DNA from: Vicugna vicugna
Lineage: Eukaryota
NCBI GenBank assembly: GCA_013265495.1
Contig: MU058423.1
Coordinates: 9,285,627 to 9,349,626, forward strand
Length of the DNA: 64,000 bases
Direction: 5' to 3'
In this document: positions 1 through 14,404 of the stretch, one piece after another
Layout: the number at the start of each line of letters is the position of its first letter
Position numbering within the stretch: position 1 is the first letter of the stretch
Program-made: the position numbers and the translations under genes
Notes under the pieces: generated by a model
Database searches by the model: none
What the model was told of the DNA's origin: nothing
The model's input: the letters and a program-made list of their open reading frames with translations, nothing else

Positions 1-409
1 GGAGAAATTGTTTTTTAAAATCACAGTCACTATTTCTACCACAAAGCACGTATAAATTAAAATTATATCTAAAATGGTATGGGATAAAGTGTTTAAAAAC
101 TGACAGTAATTTTTATCTCATATATATTTTGCTAACATTCTGGCTTATAGTCTCTTCTAAAAATGTGTGCTCAATGTCAAAAATTTGTTTTTTAAAGGAA
201 AAAAGTAATAGTAATATCATAGACCTTTAAAGCTACAGTTTTACCCAAAATATTTCAAAGTTCCATCTCCGCCTTGCTACTTATTTTTGGCAATAAGTTA
301 CTTTAAACCCATGGTGTAGAGCAGAATGGCTTTTTTCATTTAGAAAGGAGAGAGCAGAGATACTTAAACCCAAAGCTACATTCTTTTTTTTAAAGAGATT
401 TTTGACTAA

Positions 410-580
410 AATTTTTGTAGTTAATTTGCAATGTTGTGTTAGTTTCAGGTATACAGCACAGTGATTCAGTTTTATATATATATACACACACATATATACT
501 TTTGCAGATTCTTTTCCATTATAGGTTATTACAAGATATTGAATATAATTCTTGGTGCCATACAACAGGTCCGTGTTTGT
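410..580 (-). mobile_element. L1 3' end fragment (cetartiodactyl type)
   Basis: Typical antisense 3' UTR text: aatttgcaatgttgtgttagtttcaggtatacagcacagtgattcagt...ataggttattacaagatattgaatata. Confidence 0.75.
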
Positions 581-1060
581 GAGCTAAGTTTAATATCATC
601 AAAACAGACTTCTGATTCTGAAATGTGGAAAAAATAAATACACTGACAAGTCCCCTGCAAAATTCTTCCTGGCAATGAAATAGCTGTAGAAAAATAAGAT
701 GCTAGGATTGAGAGGGAACCTAAAAACAATTGATCTCTAGTCTAACTACCATTCAAATACGTTAAATACCCCGTGGCTAATGAGTGAAATTGTCTCTCAT
801 AGTAATATAGTTGTAATAACAGTGATTTCAAATGTCTTTTAAAAATGCAATAGAGTAAATTTTGCCCTAATAAAATCTTAGGTGAAACACAATATAAAGT
901 AGATATATAAAAGCTATTCTGTTTGGGGAGATAAGGGGTCGAAAGTGAAAGGAGGGGAAAGAAGAAGGTGAATCCCATCCTGTCAATCCCTCCTCTTCTC
1001 TCTCAAACTGTCTGCACCTCTGGCATCTCTGTGATGAAATAGTTTAAAGACCAGGAGCCT

Positions 1061-1472
<412 letters not shown>

Positions 1473-2023
1473 TTAAATATTAAATCCATACAGAGAAACT
1501 CCTTGGAGGGAATTTGAGTTAACACTATTAAAACTAAATTTCCTCCCTAATGAACTACATAAATAAAGTTAGTTTGACACCATTTATAGGAAATAATCTT
1601 CAATACAGGTAAAAGATCTTCAGTAGACTTTTTCAGTAAATCTAGTGGGATCTGAGAAGTTGAGTTAGTATTGTAGCATATTTGGTTAACATTTGAAATA
1701 ATAAAGACCTCATAGAATTACTAAGGAAATCACCGAGGTATTGATATTATTTTGCAAAGGTTTTTCTACATCTTAGTTGCCTAATCCATGATGGTGTATA
1801 TTAGTGATCATAAATTGGTTCATACTGATGGTAGTTTCTCTAACTAAAGATTTGCCTCACAAAATTAATTAATATTAAGCCTTAGTTACTAGACCAAAAC
1901 CTCTTTTTCAATTTAAGAAATGTACTGAATCATACATTAAAGGAAACATTTAGGTTAATTTGAAGGGTTTAATACAATTTTCAAATTTTAACTTCTAATG
2001 AGAAGAAAACAAAAAACGAGTAC

Positions 2024-2121
2024 CTGGTAACTAAAGGATGTTTTCTAGTGACAGGTCCTAGTTTAGGACCATGGCCAGCCAGTCGTTCATAAAACACATT
2101 TCCCAAAAGGCAATTGACTGC
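2024..2121 (-). CDS. AGL: AGL coding exon 9: [32 protein letters not shown](R)
   Basis: Manual translation; acceptor gttttctag|, donor CCAG|gtactc; 98 nt. Confidence 0.96.
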
Positions 2122-2213
2122 CTAGAAAACATTAAATTATGTTACGTCAATAACACCACCAAAAGACAGTACTAAGACTGTAAGAAAAACAGCAGTTCGA
2201 AAGTAGTAAAAAC

Positions 2214-2316
2214 CTGTTCCTGATGATAGTTCATGTGTTGATGCCTCTCTGAGTTTAATTCCTCAATTCTCTTACGGAACCAATTGCAGCATTCGTTAAT
2301 TGCGGCTGGCCCATTG
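2214..2316 (-). CDS. AGL: AGL coding exon 8: [35 protein letters not shown]
   Basis: Manual translation; acceptor ctgcttcaag|, donor CAG|gttttt; 103 nt, frame-consistent. Confidence 0.94.
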
Positions 2317-2660
2317 CTTGAAGCAGATAAAACAATACGAACATTATTTGATGGTTTTATAAATTCTACATTTAAAAACTTTCAAATAAATGTCACAGAA
2401 ACTTTAAATATATTCATCAGGATCTTAATTATGGCTAAAGAAGTTTTTCAATTGAATACATTTTTACTTTCATGTATAGGACACGGATCAGCACACAGAA
2501 AAAAGGGGAAATGTCATGCGTTTGAAGTAGTAGAATTATGCTGAATTACTTTACTTCATTTTCTATTCAGGCTTCTAATAAATAGCATGAAAATCATATT
2601 AGCCAAAAAGGCTTATAAGTAACATTACTCTTTTAATATGTAATAAAATATAAAACATAC

Positions 2661-2784
2661 TCATGTGGTATGAAAGTTGCTAGTGCAATGTTCATATCTA
2701 CTGTACAGCCAAGCCGTCTGTATTCAGGATCTTGAATAATCTTAAGGTGCTGCTTTGGATCAGGCTTGGTTGTTTTTCTATTTC
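2661..2784 (-). CDS. AGL: AGL coding exon 7: [41 protein letters not shown]
   Basis: ORF track 2633..2854; acceptor tttctttcag|, donor CATGA|gtatgt; 124 nt. Confidence 0.96.
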
Positions 2785-3399
2785 CTGAAAGAAAGACAAG
2801 ATGATATCTTAATGCAGATATGCATAAGGAGATTATAACTGTTACTGATTCCAAATTTTTAGTTTATAGATTTTTCTTAGAAAATAAGAGAAAGAGACTG
2901 ATTGAGAGAAATGACACTACAGAAGAGAAACACAGCTATCAGTTTAACCCCAGTCCCACTTCTCTGCCTCAGTCAGCACTCACTTACTCTATACATTTTT
3001 TAGGGCATTAAGGATGTTGATGGTACAAATTTTCTTCCCAGGTGCTACCAAATACACTAACATCAGTGAGTTCTTTTTCCTCAAAGACTGTATTCTTTTC
3101 TAAAAATAGAACAACCTGACTTTCTTTGCATTCTCTAAAAGAAGTACACACGTTTGTTCTTATACTTTTTTCATTTTTGCCAACAAGCATATTCCTTACA
3201 AAATAATAAAAAATGACAAAAGTAAATAAATGTTTTGGGGGGAATTTTCATTCTTTTTCTGGAATTTTTCCTAATAAATCAGGTACTGGTACAGGATTGC
3301 CTCCACTGGGTTTGATTTTTATATTAACTAATTAATACCTGGCTTATTCTAAAGAGATTTTGAAATAGCTTATGAAAGCAGAAACAAAATAAGATAAAA

Positions 3400-4850
3400 T
3401 ATAAATAGATTTTTAAATGGAGTTTCTGAGGTTAATCTGGAAGAGCAAATACATAAAAACTGCCACGAAGTGTTTAAAAAAGAGAAAAAAGCTACACAGT
3501 CAGTGTACATAATAAAAGTCTTCAGTTTTGGTAGAATAAAAGACAGACCACTGGAATAGCACAGATAACAGGTCCATGTCTTTTTAGTACATGATTATAT
3601 ATTATGGAGTATTATGGTGGTACTCTAAATTCGTGTAAAAGGATTGGTTATCAATTCAATATCATTTTTAAAAATAAAAATAAAGCTAAATATCTTCTTT
3701 ATATAAATTTCAGGTATATTAAAGATTTAAATGTAAAATATAAGTAAGATTATCAGAAGAAAAAAAGAATGTTGTTTGAAGGTCTAAGCATGGCGTGAAA
3801 TTAGAAGTCATAAAAGAAAAGATTGAGAAATTTGGTTAGATTGAAAAAAAAATACCATCATATCATCATAGACAAGAGATAAAAGATCAACAGCATACTA
3901 GGAGGATACATCTGAGGCCACTAATAAGGAATCACCAATAATAATAAGTCAATATGAAAAATTCAAACAACCCAATAGAAAAATACAGAAAGAACATTAA
4001 TAGGCAATTAATGGAAGAACTATAAATGATGAATTAACATGTGAAAAGATATCTCACTGATAAGCAAAGAAATATACATTAAAATAATGAATATTTTGCC
4101 TGACTGACAAAGATTATAAAGATTAATGGTATATAATGTTGGTGATGGTATAGTTAGTGATAATATAAACTGGTACAATTTGTGTTGAAAAGTAATTTGA
4201 TAATATTTATTATACATTTATCATTAAATCTCTATACCCTTTGGCCCATGAATTTAATGTCTAACAATTTGTCCTTCACAAAGCAAATAAAGATAACACG
4301 TACAAGAACATACTTTCTATAGTACTGCTTACAAGAACATAAGTTGCCTTAGGCAAGGGCTTGCTATGTTCACCACTGCATCTCCATGCCTGGAAGAGTG
4401 TCCAGCACATAATAGGTGGTTCAATAAATATGTATTGAATGAATGAATGAGAATGAACAGGAAATAATCTATCAAAAAGGCTAAAGAAATTCAAGTACTT
4501 AAAACAGTGTATTACCATCTAGAAGTTAAAAGAAATAATTAGATGTAATAAAATCATGCTGTTAACTAAAAGAACAAGTTGTTAAAACTATGCTGTAGAC
4601 TTCCTTGTGTGTGTATAAAATAGATATAAATATAAAACTTATGTATATAGTTTATATATACCTAATTATATAAAATGTATATAAAACTTGAATTTCTTTC
4701 AAAAAGAGTCTGAAAAGAAACACAAGAAACCATTAACTGATAGTTCCTTCTAAGGAGTGGGTTTTAGGGGAGAGAAAGTCACACATTCTATTTATGGTAT
4801 TTTTACACTGTTTGGCTTTTCTTTACTGTGAATATACATTACTGCAAATA
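3400..4850 (+). mobile_element. Old degenerate L1 (L1ME-like) ORF2/3' remnants
   Basis: A-rich plus strand with decayed L1 motifs such as aaacaacccaatagaaaaat and aacatgtgaaaagatatctcac; boundaries approximate. Confidence 0.55.
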
Positions 4851-5431
4851 AATAACGCCACTTATAAATATCAGAGGGAAGAAAAGATGGAAACCCTTTT
4901 GTTAAATAAAACATGAAGGAAAAATTAATATAAAAAATTCATGTATTGATATAAAATGTCTTTCTTACAGTGTCATGATCAAAAAGGTTTAAAAGCCACC
5001 AATCTAATAAAAAATGCTTATCAAAAGAATTTTTCCACTAAATAGACTGTCACGATCAATACTGCAAAGAAAAAAAAAATGTATTAAGATGTTACAGTTT
5101 TGAAAGCTGCAAGTGCAAATGTGACCCTAAGCTTCCCGGCCCGCAAGTCGTGTTGACTTCTACCTTAAAGGCAGTATTTCTGGGTCCCGCTCAAACCCTA
5201 GTTTTTGGATGAGGAAGCAAATTCTTTATTTTAAAAGCCAGCAAAGATCCTGGCTCTTAAGATTGTCCTATACTAACTGCAGATACATTCTGTATATTCT
5301 TTCTAATTTGCCTCTTAAAAACCCTAGTTTCTCTTTCAGCATTTTTTTTCTAACCTCTTCTGTCAGGGACACAATGATTAACTTCTTGAGGCTAATTATG
5401 TCCTTAACTGAAGCTTCATTTCTTCACTTTT

Positions 5432-5521
5432 TATTTTTATTTTTTTCTTATTTCTTTATTTATTTATTGTATATATAAACATTTTTTAATTGAGTTTACT
5501 CATTTTACAATGTTGTGTATA
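5432..5521 (-). mobile_element. Heavily 5'-truncated L1 3' tip with TSD
   Basis: T-rich tail plus ttttacaatgttgtgt, flanked by direct repeat tcttcactttt (5421-5431, 5522-5532). Confidence 0.65.
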
Positions 5522-6017
5522 TCTTCACTTTTGTTACTGGCTAATACCTGAGTCAGCCTCTCTAGTGGTTAGGTGGCCTTAATGGTGGGCACCATCCCCT
5601 AGAAGCCTCTCTACCTCAGCTAAGATTCCTACGTTAGCCAACAGAAGACTACTGCAACTCTGTTCCAAAGCCTGTTTCAAGTCTTCGGCAGCTGAAATAA
5701 TCTGCTTTCCTTCCCTCCCATTCATGCATTTAAAAAATACACATTGAGCTCTACTGTATTCTGAGCATAATGCTAAAGAACCGAAAGTAAGAGACAGTCC
5801 CCAAGGGAAATATTATGTATTATTATGACATGCCCTCTAGATTTCTCCAACTTTCAGGTAGCTTCCAGAATCATAGTTTTAGAGTTATTAAACACAACAC
5901 AAATCCTATATCAGATTTAATAACGTGCTAACGAAGAGAAAAGAAGAGTTATCCCTTCAAGACTGATACTAAATTTCTTAAAACCAATAAAAACATCGCA
6001 GTGTATATATCCTTTAC

Positions 6018-6129
6018 CTTGCGTAAGAAGTCCTCTAAATTGCTCAACTGCTTTGTGAACATCTACTTGGAAAAATTCCCAGAGTTGTGTCTTTGGAAAA
6101 ATATCCTCCCAAATTATTTTTCGAATGCA
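6018..6129 (-). CDS. AGL: AGL coding exon 6: [37 protein letters not shown]
   Basis: Manual translation (absent from ORF track); acceptor atttttcag|, donor CAAG|gtaaag; 112 nt, frame-consistent. Confidence 0.95.
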
Positions 6130-6320
6130 CTGAAAAATTTCAATATATTAGAGTTTAACTATTTTACATATAATTAAAATATATGTATTTAACATCTTTT
6201 ATGAAATACTATTTAGCATATTAAAAGACCGATTATAAAGGATTTTCAACGATACTCTTAAATTTACACTTTAGAAATTTTGTTATTGCTTTAGTGTGGT
6301 ACTCCTCCATGCATACTGAC

Positions 6321-6502
6321 ATTCATTTGATGATCATTTTCAATCAAAGCAGGTACTCCTTTTTCTTTGTATTTCCCTTCTGCAACATCACAGGATAAAT
6401 GCCAAAGTGCTCTGTCTAAGACCCAGGCAGGTTTCAAGTGTGGGGAATTCACAAGGTTATATGCACTTTCTGGATGTTCCTGGAGCCATCTACTGTTAGC
6501 AG
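6321..6502 (-). CDS. AGL: AGL coding exon 5: [27 protein letters not shown]...IENDHQMN
   Basis: ORF track 6291..6521; acceptor ttttctttag|, donor AAT|gtcagt; 182 nt. Confidence 0.97.
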
Positions 6503-7329
6503 CTAAAGAAAAAGGAAACATAGAGGAATATCTTGTAATTAAACTGAAGGTAGTACCTATGTCAAGTTTAAAGGTGAAATAAAATATTCGTATCTACCAC
6601 TCATTTTCTTATATATCAGATATCAATATTATAATGACACTATAGTATGAAAACAATCTTTTAGTTGTGGTATTCTATCATCTACGTCGCTACACGTTTT
6701 TCTTTTCTGCTGTGGGAGTTTTAAATTGATAGTGAACAGGATCAACACTGCTTTATTAATGCCACTGTACGACTCATTTACTACTGTGGTGGGACTCAAG
6801 GGTCTTGTCCCTGGCTTCTTTTGATGGTCCTTGGCTCAACTACATTTAGGAACGCTCCTTCTAAGCCTGAAGGGTATCTCTTCCTTTAAGGCAGACTGGG
6901 CTTTTTCTTTGCGCTGACTTCAAGTTCTCTGGCCTCATTAAAGCAGAAAGTTACCTGTACCTTCAAGTCTGGTTTAGGCTTTTCAGTGTCTGGCTGTTAG
7001 GATCCAGGGCAGGAGAAGAGCCCTTGACATTCACTCTCCATAAGTGCTTTCTTTTTTCATTTTTGGCCTCCTGAGTGACAAGGTCCTTCTCTGGCTCCAC
7101 CTAAGTTCTGGGTGCTGTCTCTTACATATCTTTAGAACTCAAAATACCGTTTATATCATTTTCCTACATACTGTTTCTTCCTGTGTTTTTTTGTTGTTTT
7201 TTCTGAGAGAGAAGGGAGGTGAAGTTCCTTCCTCTGGATCTTTAAATACGCTTGTGTCTCCCCAAAGCTAAGAATACAAGCCTGCATCTTATCTAAACAC
7301 AGTTATTTCTCTAAGTTCTGCATATTAGT

Positions 7330-9340
7330 ATCAAGACCAAATGTCTTAAAAATCCAACCTGTTAAACTATTTGTATCTTTGAATCTAAAGTGTGTAGCTT
7401 CTAGACAGCACACAGTTGGATCTTGTTTTTGTTTCTTAATTGATTCTGATAATCTCTGCCTTTCAAGATATTATTTTCAGGATTCCCTAAGTCTTTGGCT
7501 TCCAAATTTTTTACTATGATGTGTCTGAATGTGCCTCTCTTTTACTTTACTTGGAGGTCCCTGCATTTTAGGATGTGTAAATTAATGTTGAAGGTTGGGA
7601 TGTTTTCAGTTGTTATTTCTTCAATTTTTTTCCCCATTCTTTCCTCTCCTAGTATTTCCGTGAGGCATATGTCCAGGTGCTTAAAGATGTCCCACATCTC
7701 ACTGAAGTGCTCTCTGTTCATTTTTCTCTCTCTCTGTTCTTTAGATTGCACAGTCACTGATCACTAATCCTTTTCTTCTGGCAACTCAAATATACTGCTG
7801 AACAGCTCTAGAGAATTTTTCATTTTGGCTATTTCCTTTTCAACTCCAAAATTCTCATTTGGATCTTTTAAAAAATTTCTATTTACAGATATTCTCTCTT
7901 TGATGGAATATCATCATCATATCCTCCTTTACTGCTTTAGGTTGGTTTCCTTTAGTTCTCCAAATACATTCATAATACTTGCTTTGAAGTCTATTTCAAG
8001 TACAACATCTAGGACTTCTCAAAGGTGATTTCTGTTGCCTGATTCTTTCCTGTGTGAGGGTCACACTTTGCTGTTTCTTTACATGCCTCAATTTTTGGTT
8101 GAGCATTGGTGATTTAGATAACGTATTACAGCAAATCTGGATACTGATCCCATCCCCTCCAGGTCTTTTTGGGTGCTTGGTTGTGACGCAGCTGGACTAC
8201 TTCAGGGAAGTCTACTTGCCCACAGGGTGCAGCCTCTGGTGTTGCTGCTCAGAGGGTACAGCCCTGGCCATGGGCAGTCAGCCTGGGATGATGGTGGTTT
8301 TCAGCAGGGCTCCCCTGTCTCTTTCTCTGAACTCCGCTAAGCTGCCTGCGTCTGTTGGTATCACACTCAGCCATTACTCTCCCGAGCTGTTATCCAGGCT
8401 GACTGTGCTGTTATTTTTGATAATATGCTGGAGCATAAATTGCATCACAGTAAGTTCCAATTAAATGTGGGTCCCTTGGCAGGGGAAGTCTTCAAGGCCT
8501 GTTCTTGAGGCGTGTTCTGAATCCAGGAAGGCTCTTCTTAGTTATCTCTTTCTCTAGTTGCGTTAAACTACTAGCTGGCCTATAGTTTAGCATGTTGCTT
8601 TCATGAAGATACCAGCCTCCTCTTGACTGTTTATCACCAAAGTCTCCATTGTTTTCAGTGGTGTTCACAGGCATGAACTTTCCCATGTAATGTACCAAAT
8701 ATAGCCAGTCCATTCTTACTCTGTTCTTACTGCACGTTTCTTATTCTGGGCAGGACACCTGTGTCACTGCTTCACAGCTAGAGGCAGGGATGGTAGCCTC
8801 TGGGTTTCTCAGCTTATCTCTCCAGGTGTGGAACCTCAGCCCCAAAGGCAAGCCGGGGCAAGGCTTGACCTGTCATGCTTGGGGCAGAACTTTCCCTCCG
8901 TGAGTGGGGGCTGGGTGGAGGAAGGGGCCCTAGGCCTCTCATTTGCGCTTGCCTAAAATAGTTCCTGTAACGTAGTGTTGAAAGCGGGGAGTGAGAAATG
9001 TTGGAAGTCTGCCCCTTTCAAACCTAGCCCGAGACTGGGAGCCAGGGAGAGAGGGAGCCTGGTGTCCTTGGCAGCACCTGCTAAGAGCAGTCCTAGCCTC
9101 GTTCTGAGCTGGGGCAGGGGAGGGAGGGAGGAGCAGGGATGGTTCAAATGTCACAGACTCTCACTCTTCTTTCTGAGATCTAGTAGATTTTCTTAAAAGC
9201 AATGTCTCTCTGTATGCTGAATGCCTTTAAGACAATTTTCAGAGACTTCAAATAGTTTTTTTAAAAATAATTTTCACCGATTATAGTTGTTTTGCAGGGT
9301 AGAGGGTGTGTGAAGCCCTCAGGCTGCCATTCTGGAAGTC
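7330..9340 (-). mobile_element. Old L1 5' region with ORF1 remnant
   Basis: ORF 7542..7757 (EMWDIFKHLDICLTEI...KKIEEITTENIP) resembles the L1 ORF1p segment LWDNIKR.NI.IIG...IFEEI..ENFP; GC-richer 5'-UTR-like sequence at 8.1-9.3 kb. Confidence 0.65.
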
Positions 9341-9489
9341 AACTTTCCTTAGACAGTAACTTTTTAATGAAAACCTGTTTCACACAAAGGACACTGTGAT
9401 ATGCACCACTTTCCAAGTAAGGCTGAAGGAAAGTTCACTTCTTTTATATTGCATAGAATCTCTCAAATGCTTCAGAAATATAGTCTCTG

Positions 9490-9955
9490 ACAGAATTGCT
9501 GACTATACCCCAAACTTTATACTCCCTTTGTTCCTTTAGTAACAGAACTCTCCAGGTTCAGCAGTACACACAGCTGACAGACAGAAGACTACCCGAGGCT
9601 CCTTGATAGCTGGTGTGACAAGGGACAAAATCCTACCTGATGCAATGTGAGCCGAAGTGATACATACAACAGATCATGCTCTTAAAAGGCATGACTTCCC
9701 TTTCCTCATTTCTACTGCGTAGAAGGTGATATCAGGAACTGGAGTGGCCACATTTGATTAGGAAATAGAAGCAAAGTGCTAGAGACAGCAGAGCAGCACG
9801 CGAGAAAGAACCTAGTTCCCTGTTACCGCTGGGCTACCACACCAGTTGTGGAATGTCCACTTTATCTTTTGTGAGAGATAAATACAATTTCAATCTTAAG
9901 TCACTGTATTTTTCTGTCTCTTTGTTACAGCTGCCTAAGCCATATCCTGATTTGT
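9490..9955. mobile_element. MaLR LTR (MLT1-type)
   Basis: Typical MLT1 text: tgtgagagataaatacaatttcaatcttaagtcactgtatttt...tgttacagctgcctaagccatatcctga. Confidence 0.6.
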
Positions 9956-11002
9956 AAAATGCCATTATGTGGTTTGATAAATTTGAGGCTAGTAATATTA
10001 CAGATGTCAAAGTAGTTACCAATAATGTCAAATTTTCAAGTGAAGAATACTGAATTCTTGGATATTAGGAAGTTGTCACCATGGATCCTGATGCTAGGTT
10101 TCCAGGTGCATGCAGAAACAACAAATTTTTGAATGTACCCATTTCTTTGCCTAACTTTGTTCATTATTATTGTGAGATTATTATCTATATTGATGAACCA
10201 AATCTTTGAGCATTTAAATATCTTCATAGTTGCTATGGTTACTTAGAAAACAATGTTATGACACACCAGAGATCTTTGTTGCTGTTAAATGTTTTGTACC
10301 ACCTAGAATTCCTGTTGTTTACACATGTAAATCAGTGGTTTCCCGACTTCTCTACATTGTAGCACAAGTAGAAGAGATTATTTGTAAGGTGCACTGGGTC
10401 AAACTGGAAGCTGATCACAGCTTGATGCTTCTCCAGGTCCAGCTGCTCTGACAGATGATGAGAGCTGTCACATCCCTGGGGATCAGCATCTGGAAACCTC
10501 CAGTATAGTTTACAGCATTATATACTGGTAAGAAATCTTGGGATCCAAAACAGGTTAACTTTAATAATATCTTTTAAAATGTAAAAGATATAATGTTCAA
10601 ATTTAACTTCTAAGAGTTTACCAGTAATTTTCTCTTTAGATAACACCCATTCAGTTTTTTCAAATATATGCTATAGTACCAGAGCTGTTGCTATATAGGA
10701 TTCATTAGGTGGTCTGGGAAGTATTAAAACTGTAAGTTGAAATCTGTGATCATTATGTCCCTCCTATGATTATGATCCTGTTTTTATAATCATCACATGT
10801 AAAATACTTACAGTATACTGATTATATCTTCACTAACACTGTTTCTTTGAAAAAAAAGTGGTATTATATAAAATGATTTTTAAATTGAAGGATACCTAAT
10901 TGTCACTTGTGTTTTCAAAATTTGTTATATAAAACAGCAAGGAATGAAATAATTAGGATATAATATTCCGTCAGTATTAACAGTAGTTAATGAAGCTCAT
11001 AC

Positions 11003-11206
11003 CAGTATGATTGTAGACAACATCAGTAATACAAAGAACATTCCATTCGTTTTTCAATTTTTCCACTAGCTGTCCAACATCAGTCCAGGTATACTTTTTA
11101 TTAGGTCTTGAAAAGTCTGGATTTACTTCTAACTGATCAGCAAGGGAGTAGCAGGACCTTGATAGTCCAAGAGTCTGCAGTGGGGTAAAATGAATCATGT
11201 TGTAGC
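11003..11206 (-). CDS. AGL: AGL coding exon 4: [14 protein letters not shown]...ITDVVYNHT (GH13 region I motif DVVYNH)
   Basis: ORF track 10977..11267; acceptor gcgttgcag|, donor ACTG|gtatga; 204 nt. Confidence 0.97.
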
Positions 11207-12014
11207 CTGCAACGCAAGAAAATACACAAAGACCGCTGTAAGAAAAAATAGACCTAAAACTAAGCAAAATGTGAGGTTAAACTCCCCTAAGTGATTCTAA
11301 ATGGCAAGGCAACCATGCTACCAGAAAAAGAGTTAGAGACGTGGGTTCAAATCCTAACTATACCACAAGTGACCAAGAAAGTCCACTTAATTCTTTCAGG
11401 ATGTCAGTGTCCTCTGATAGGGAGACATGGAGACAGGGAAGGCAGGGAGAATGAGATGACGTATTTGGGAAAAAACAATCACACACAGTGGCTAGTTGGT
11501 TTTAGGGTTCAATTTATATTTCTTGAAAGGATATATTTACATGTAGAAAACAGATTCTATCCAAGTATTTCAGTAAGTCTTTCTCTTAGTTTTAATGTTC
11601 CACAGTACTTGTATTCTGTTTTAGTTATGTCAGTGAACTTCTCAATTCTTTCTTCAAACTATATTCAAGTTGAAAGTAGAAAATTAACATTATCCTTTAC
11701 TTAAGAGTAAAATACAACTTAAGTTCCATTTTGCTCTTGGTATGTATGGCCGCACATGACTTCCACATGGAAGACAGCTAATTCATGTTTGTTGAATTAA
11801 AATGATATATAAGGACACATTTTCCAACACATTCTAGTACTTTACTACTAATTTTTATATGTTAAAGTCTTAGAAATAATAATAATCTCATTTTATCATC
11901 GAATTCCTTAATTTATTAAGTTGAATCATATAATTTGCCATTTTTATAGGTTAAAAATGGTTAAGTATCAATAATTTCATATGGTTCCATCTATTTCTAT
12001 TAATAACTAAACTA

Positions 12015-12335
<321 letters not shown>

Positions 12336-12394
12336 CTAATAGTCTGACTCTCTAATTGGAAGGTGAATTGTCCCATTTAAAATATTTATTTCTA

Positions 12395-12485
12395 GAATAT
12401 ATATATATGTATGACTGAATCACTGTGTTGTACATCAGAAACTTACACAACATTGTAAATCAACTATACTTTACTAAAAATATAT
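12395..12485 (+). mobile_element. L1 3' tip fragment
   Basis: gaatcactgtgttgtacatcagaaacttacacaacattgtaaatcaactatactt followed by an A/AT tail. Confidence 0.7.
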
Positions 12486-12920
12486 GTATATATTTCTAAG
12501 TATATAAAGGCATTTTAAAAGTTGCAATAGACTCAATGGAAAAGCCATGTTTTATCCTTTTCTCATCTCTATATAATTACGTAATACTACATATATATCT
12601 AATGATACTACTTTCTAAGAAAAATGAGTGTACTTAAATCTACCAGTGATAACAAGGGCACTCCAGTAAACACCATCCTGTAACTGGGTTGCATGAAAAG
12701 ACTAGACTACTCATGCGGTTACTTAAAATAACAGTAATACTTTGAAGATGCAATGAGGCTTGCAATTACTTCCTAGAAGCTGAAGAACCATATTCTATTT
12801 GCATCTCAATGAACTCCTGTAAAATTTGCACTCCCATGGTTCATATGGTAACTCTTCACAAGTTAGATAACTTCATGTTATAGAATAAATCAACTTTGCG
12901 CATACAGAGCACCTGACTTA

Positions 12921-13175
<255 letters not shown>

Positions 13176-13724
13176 TTACCACAATAAAAAGGTATTTTAT
13201 TTAAAGTGTTATATAAAACAAAGCTTTCTCAACTATGTTTAAAGTAACTTCAAATATTTAATGCTGTTTTTGGAACCACTTTGCACTCTAATTTAGCTTA
13301 ATTTTATATTTTAACATATAGTATACATCATAGAACTGTCTGTTCTGTACTGTCCCTCCCTTCTTCTGCTGGAAACTGATTCCTAGTCACGGGGCTACTT
13401 TGGGATATGCAAGTTTTCACATGATCCCATTTCCCTCCAACCCCCCACCCCCTTCCAATTCCTACCCCAACTTCCTGAATTGACTGCTCAGAGGTGAGCA
13501 TCTAACCAGAGATCTTTGCTAGTATTTTTCAAACTGCAACAGAGAAAGTGAGTTTCTCTGTGGTGTCAGAGTATGTGACAGTATGTAAAACTTGGGAGGT
13601 ATCATGGGACAACTATCTCACCATACAGAGAAAGTCAATCTTCCCCGAGAGTGGTCAGATTTCTAACAGTTCTAGAGGCATTTGAGCCCCTGATACCAGC
13701 TGTTCCTGATGTCTGCTCAAATCC

Positions 13725-13935
13725 AGAGATGCAGTAACAGACGGTTATCAAGTGGCTGTGTCGGGGTAGGGGTGGTGAGGAACCCTGACTTGCAGTGTTT
13801 GCTGACTTCTGGTGGAAACAGTCTCACCACAGTCAGTCTCAAGCTACCAACATGACGTCACTGAACACGAAATTGGGAAGAGATATGCACAGTCAGCTCT
13901 TATGAGCCAACACAAGCACCTCCAGCATACTGCTG
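13725..13935. mobile_element. MER63-like hAT-Blackjack MITE, apparently nested in an MLT1-type LTR
   Basis: caagctaccaacatgacgtcactgaacacgaaattgggaagagat and terminus ctccagcatactgctg resemble the MER63 consensus as recalled. Confidence 0.6.
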
Positions 13936-14404
13936 TCTACATCCCTACTCTTCATGGTTTAAGCCTTTCTTGGAATTCTGAAAGCTAAGATATTCTCACT
14001 TTTGCCTTATTGTTAGGCTATTTCTATTCAAATGTATCTGAGACTTCTATGCTGCATTACAAGTATTTTGCCATAAAAGGAAGAAAAATGAACACATTAC
14101 AGTTACAAGTTTACCGTGAAAGAAAAATTTGTATTGTTTCAAGGCAGACTTTAAACCTTGATTATAATTATGAGAATGTGAAAATCCTCACTATAGTAAA
14201 ATCTATTGGAAATATCAGGCACATGAATTTTAAACATGGTGTAACATTTCTATTAATGATGGGCAATAATAACTGATGAAGACAGGAAAATTTAGTCTGT
14301 TGGTTACAATCTCTAAACTTAATGAACTTTTTGAGAAGAAGTCTAGTGATATTTATACTTTTGATGCTTAATTTAGGAAACGCTCAACAAAGTAATAAAA
14401 AATT

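Noticed and set aside
3100..3109. Perfect MEF2 motif CTAAAAATAG
   Set aside because: Isolated in very AT-rich intron, where chance matches are expected.
8054..8464. 136-aa ORF, and the 137-aa ORF at 11291-11704
   Set aside because: Antisense to AGL introns, partly in decayed repeats, non-ATG starts, no recognisable domain.
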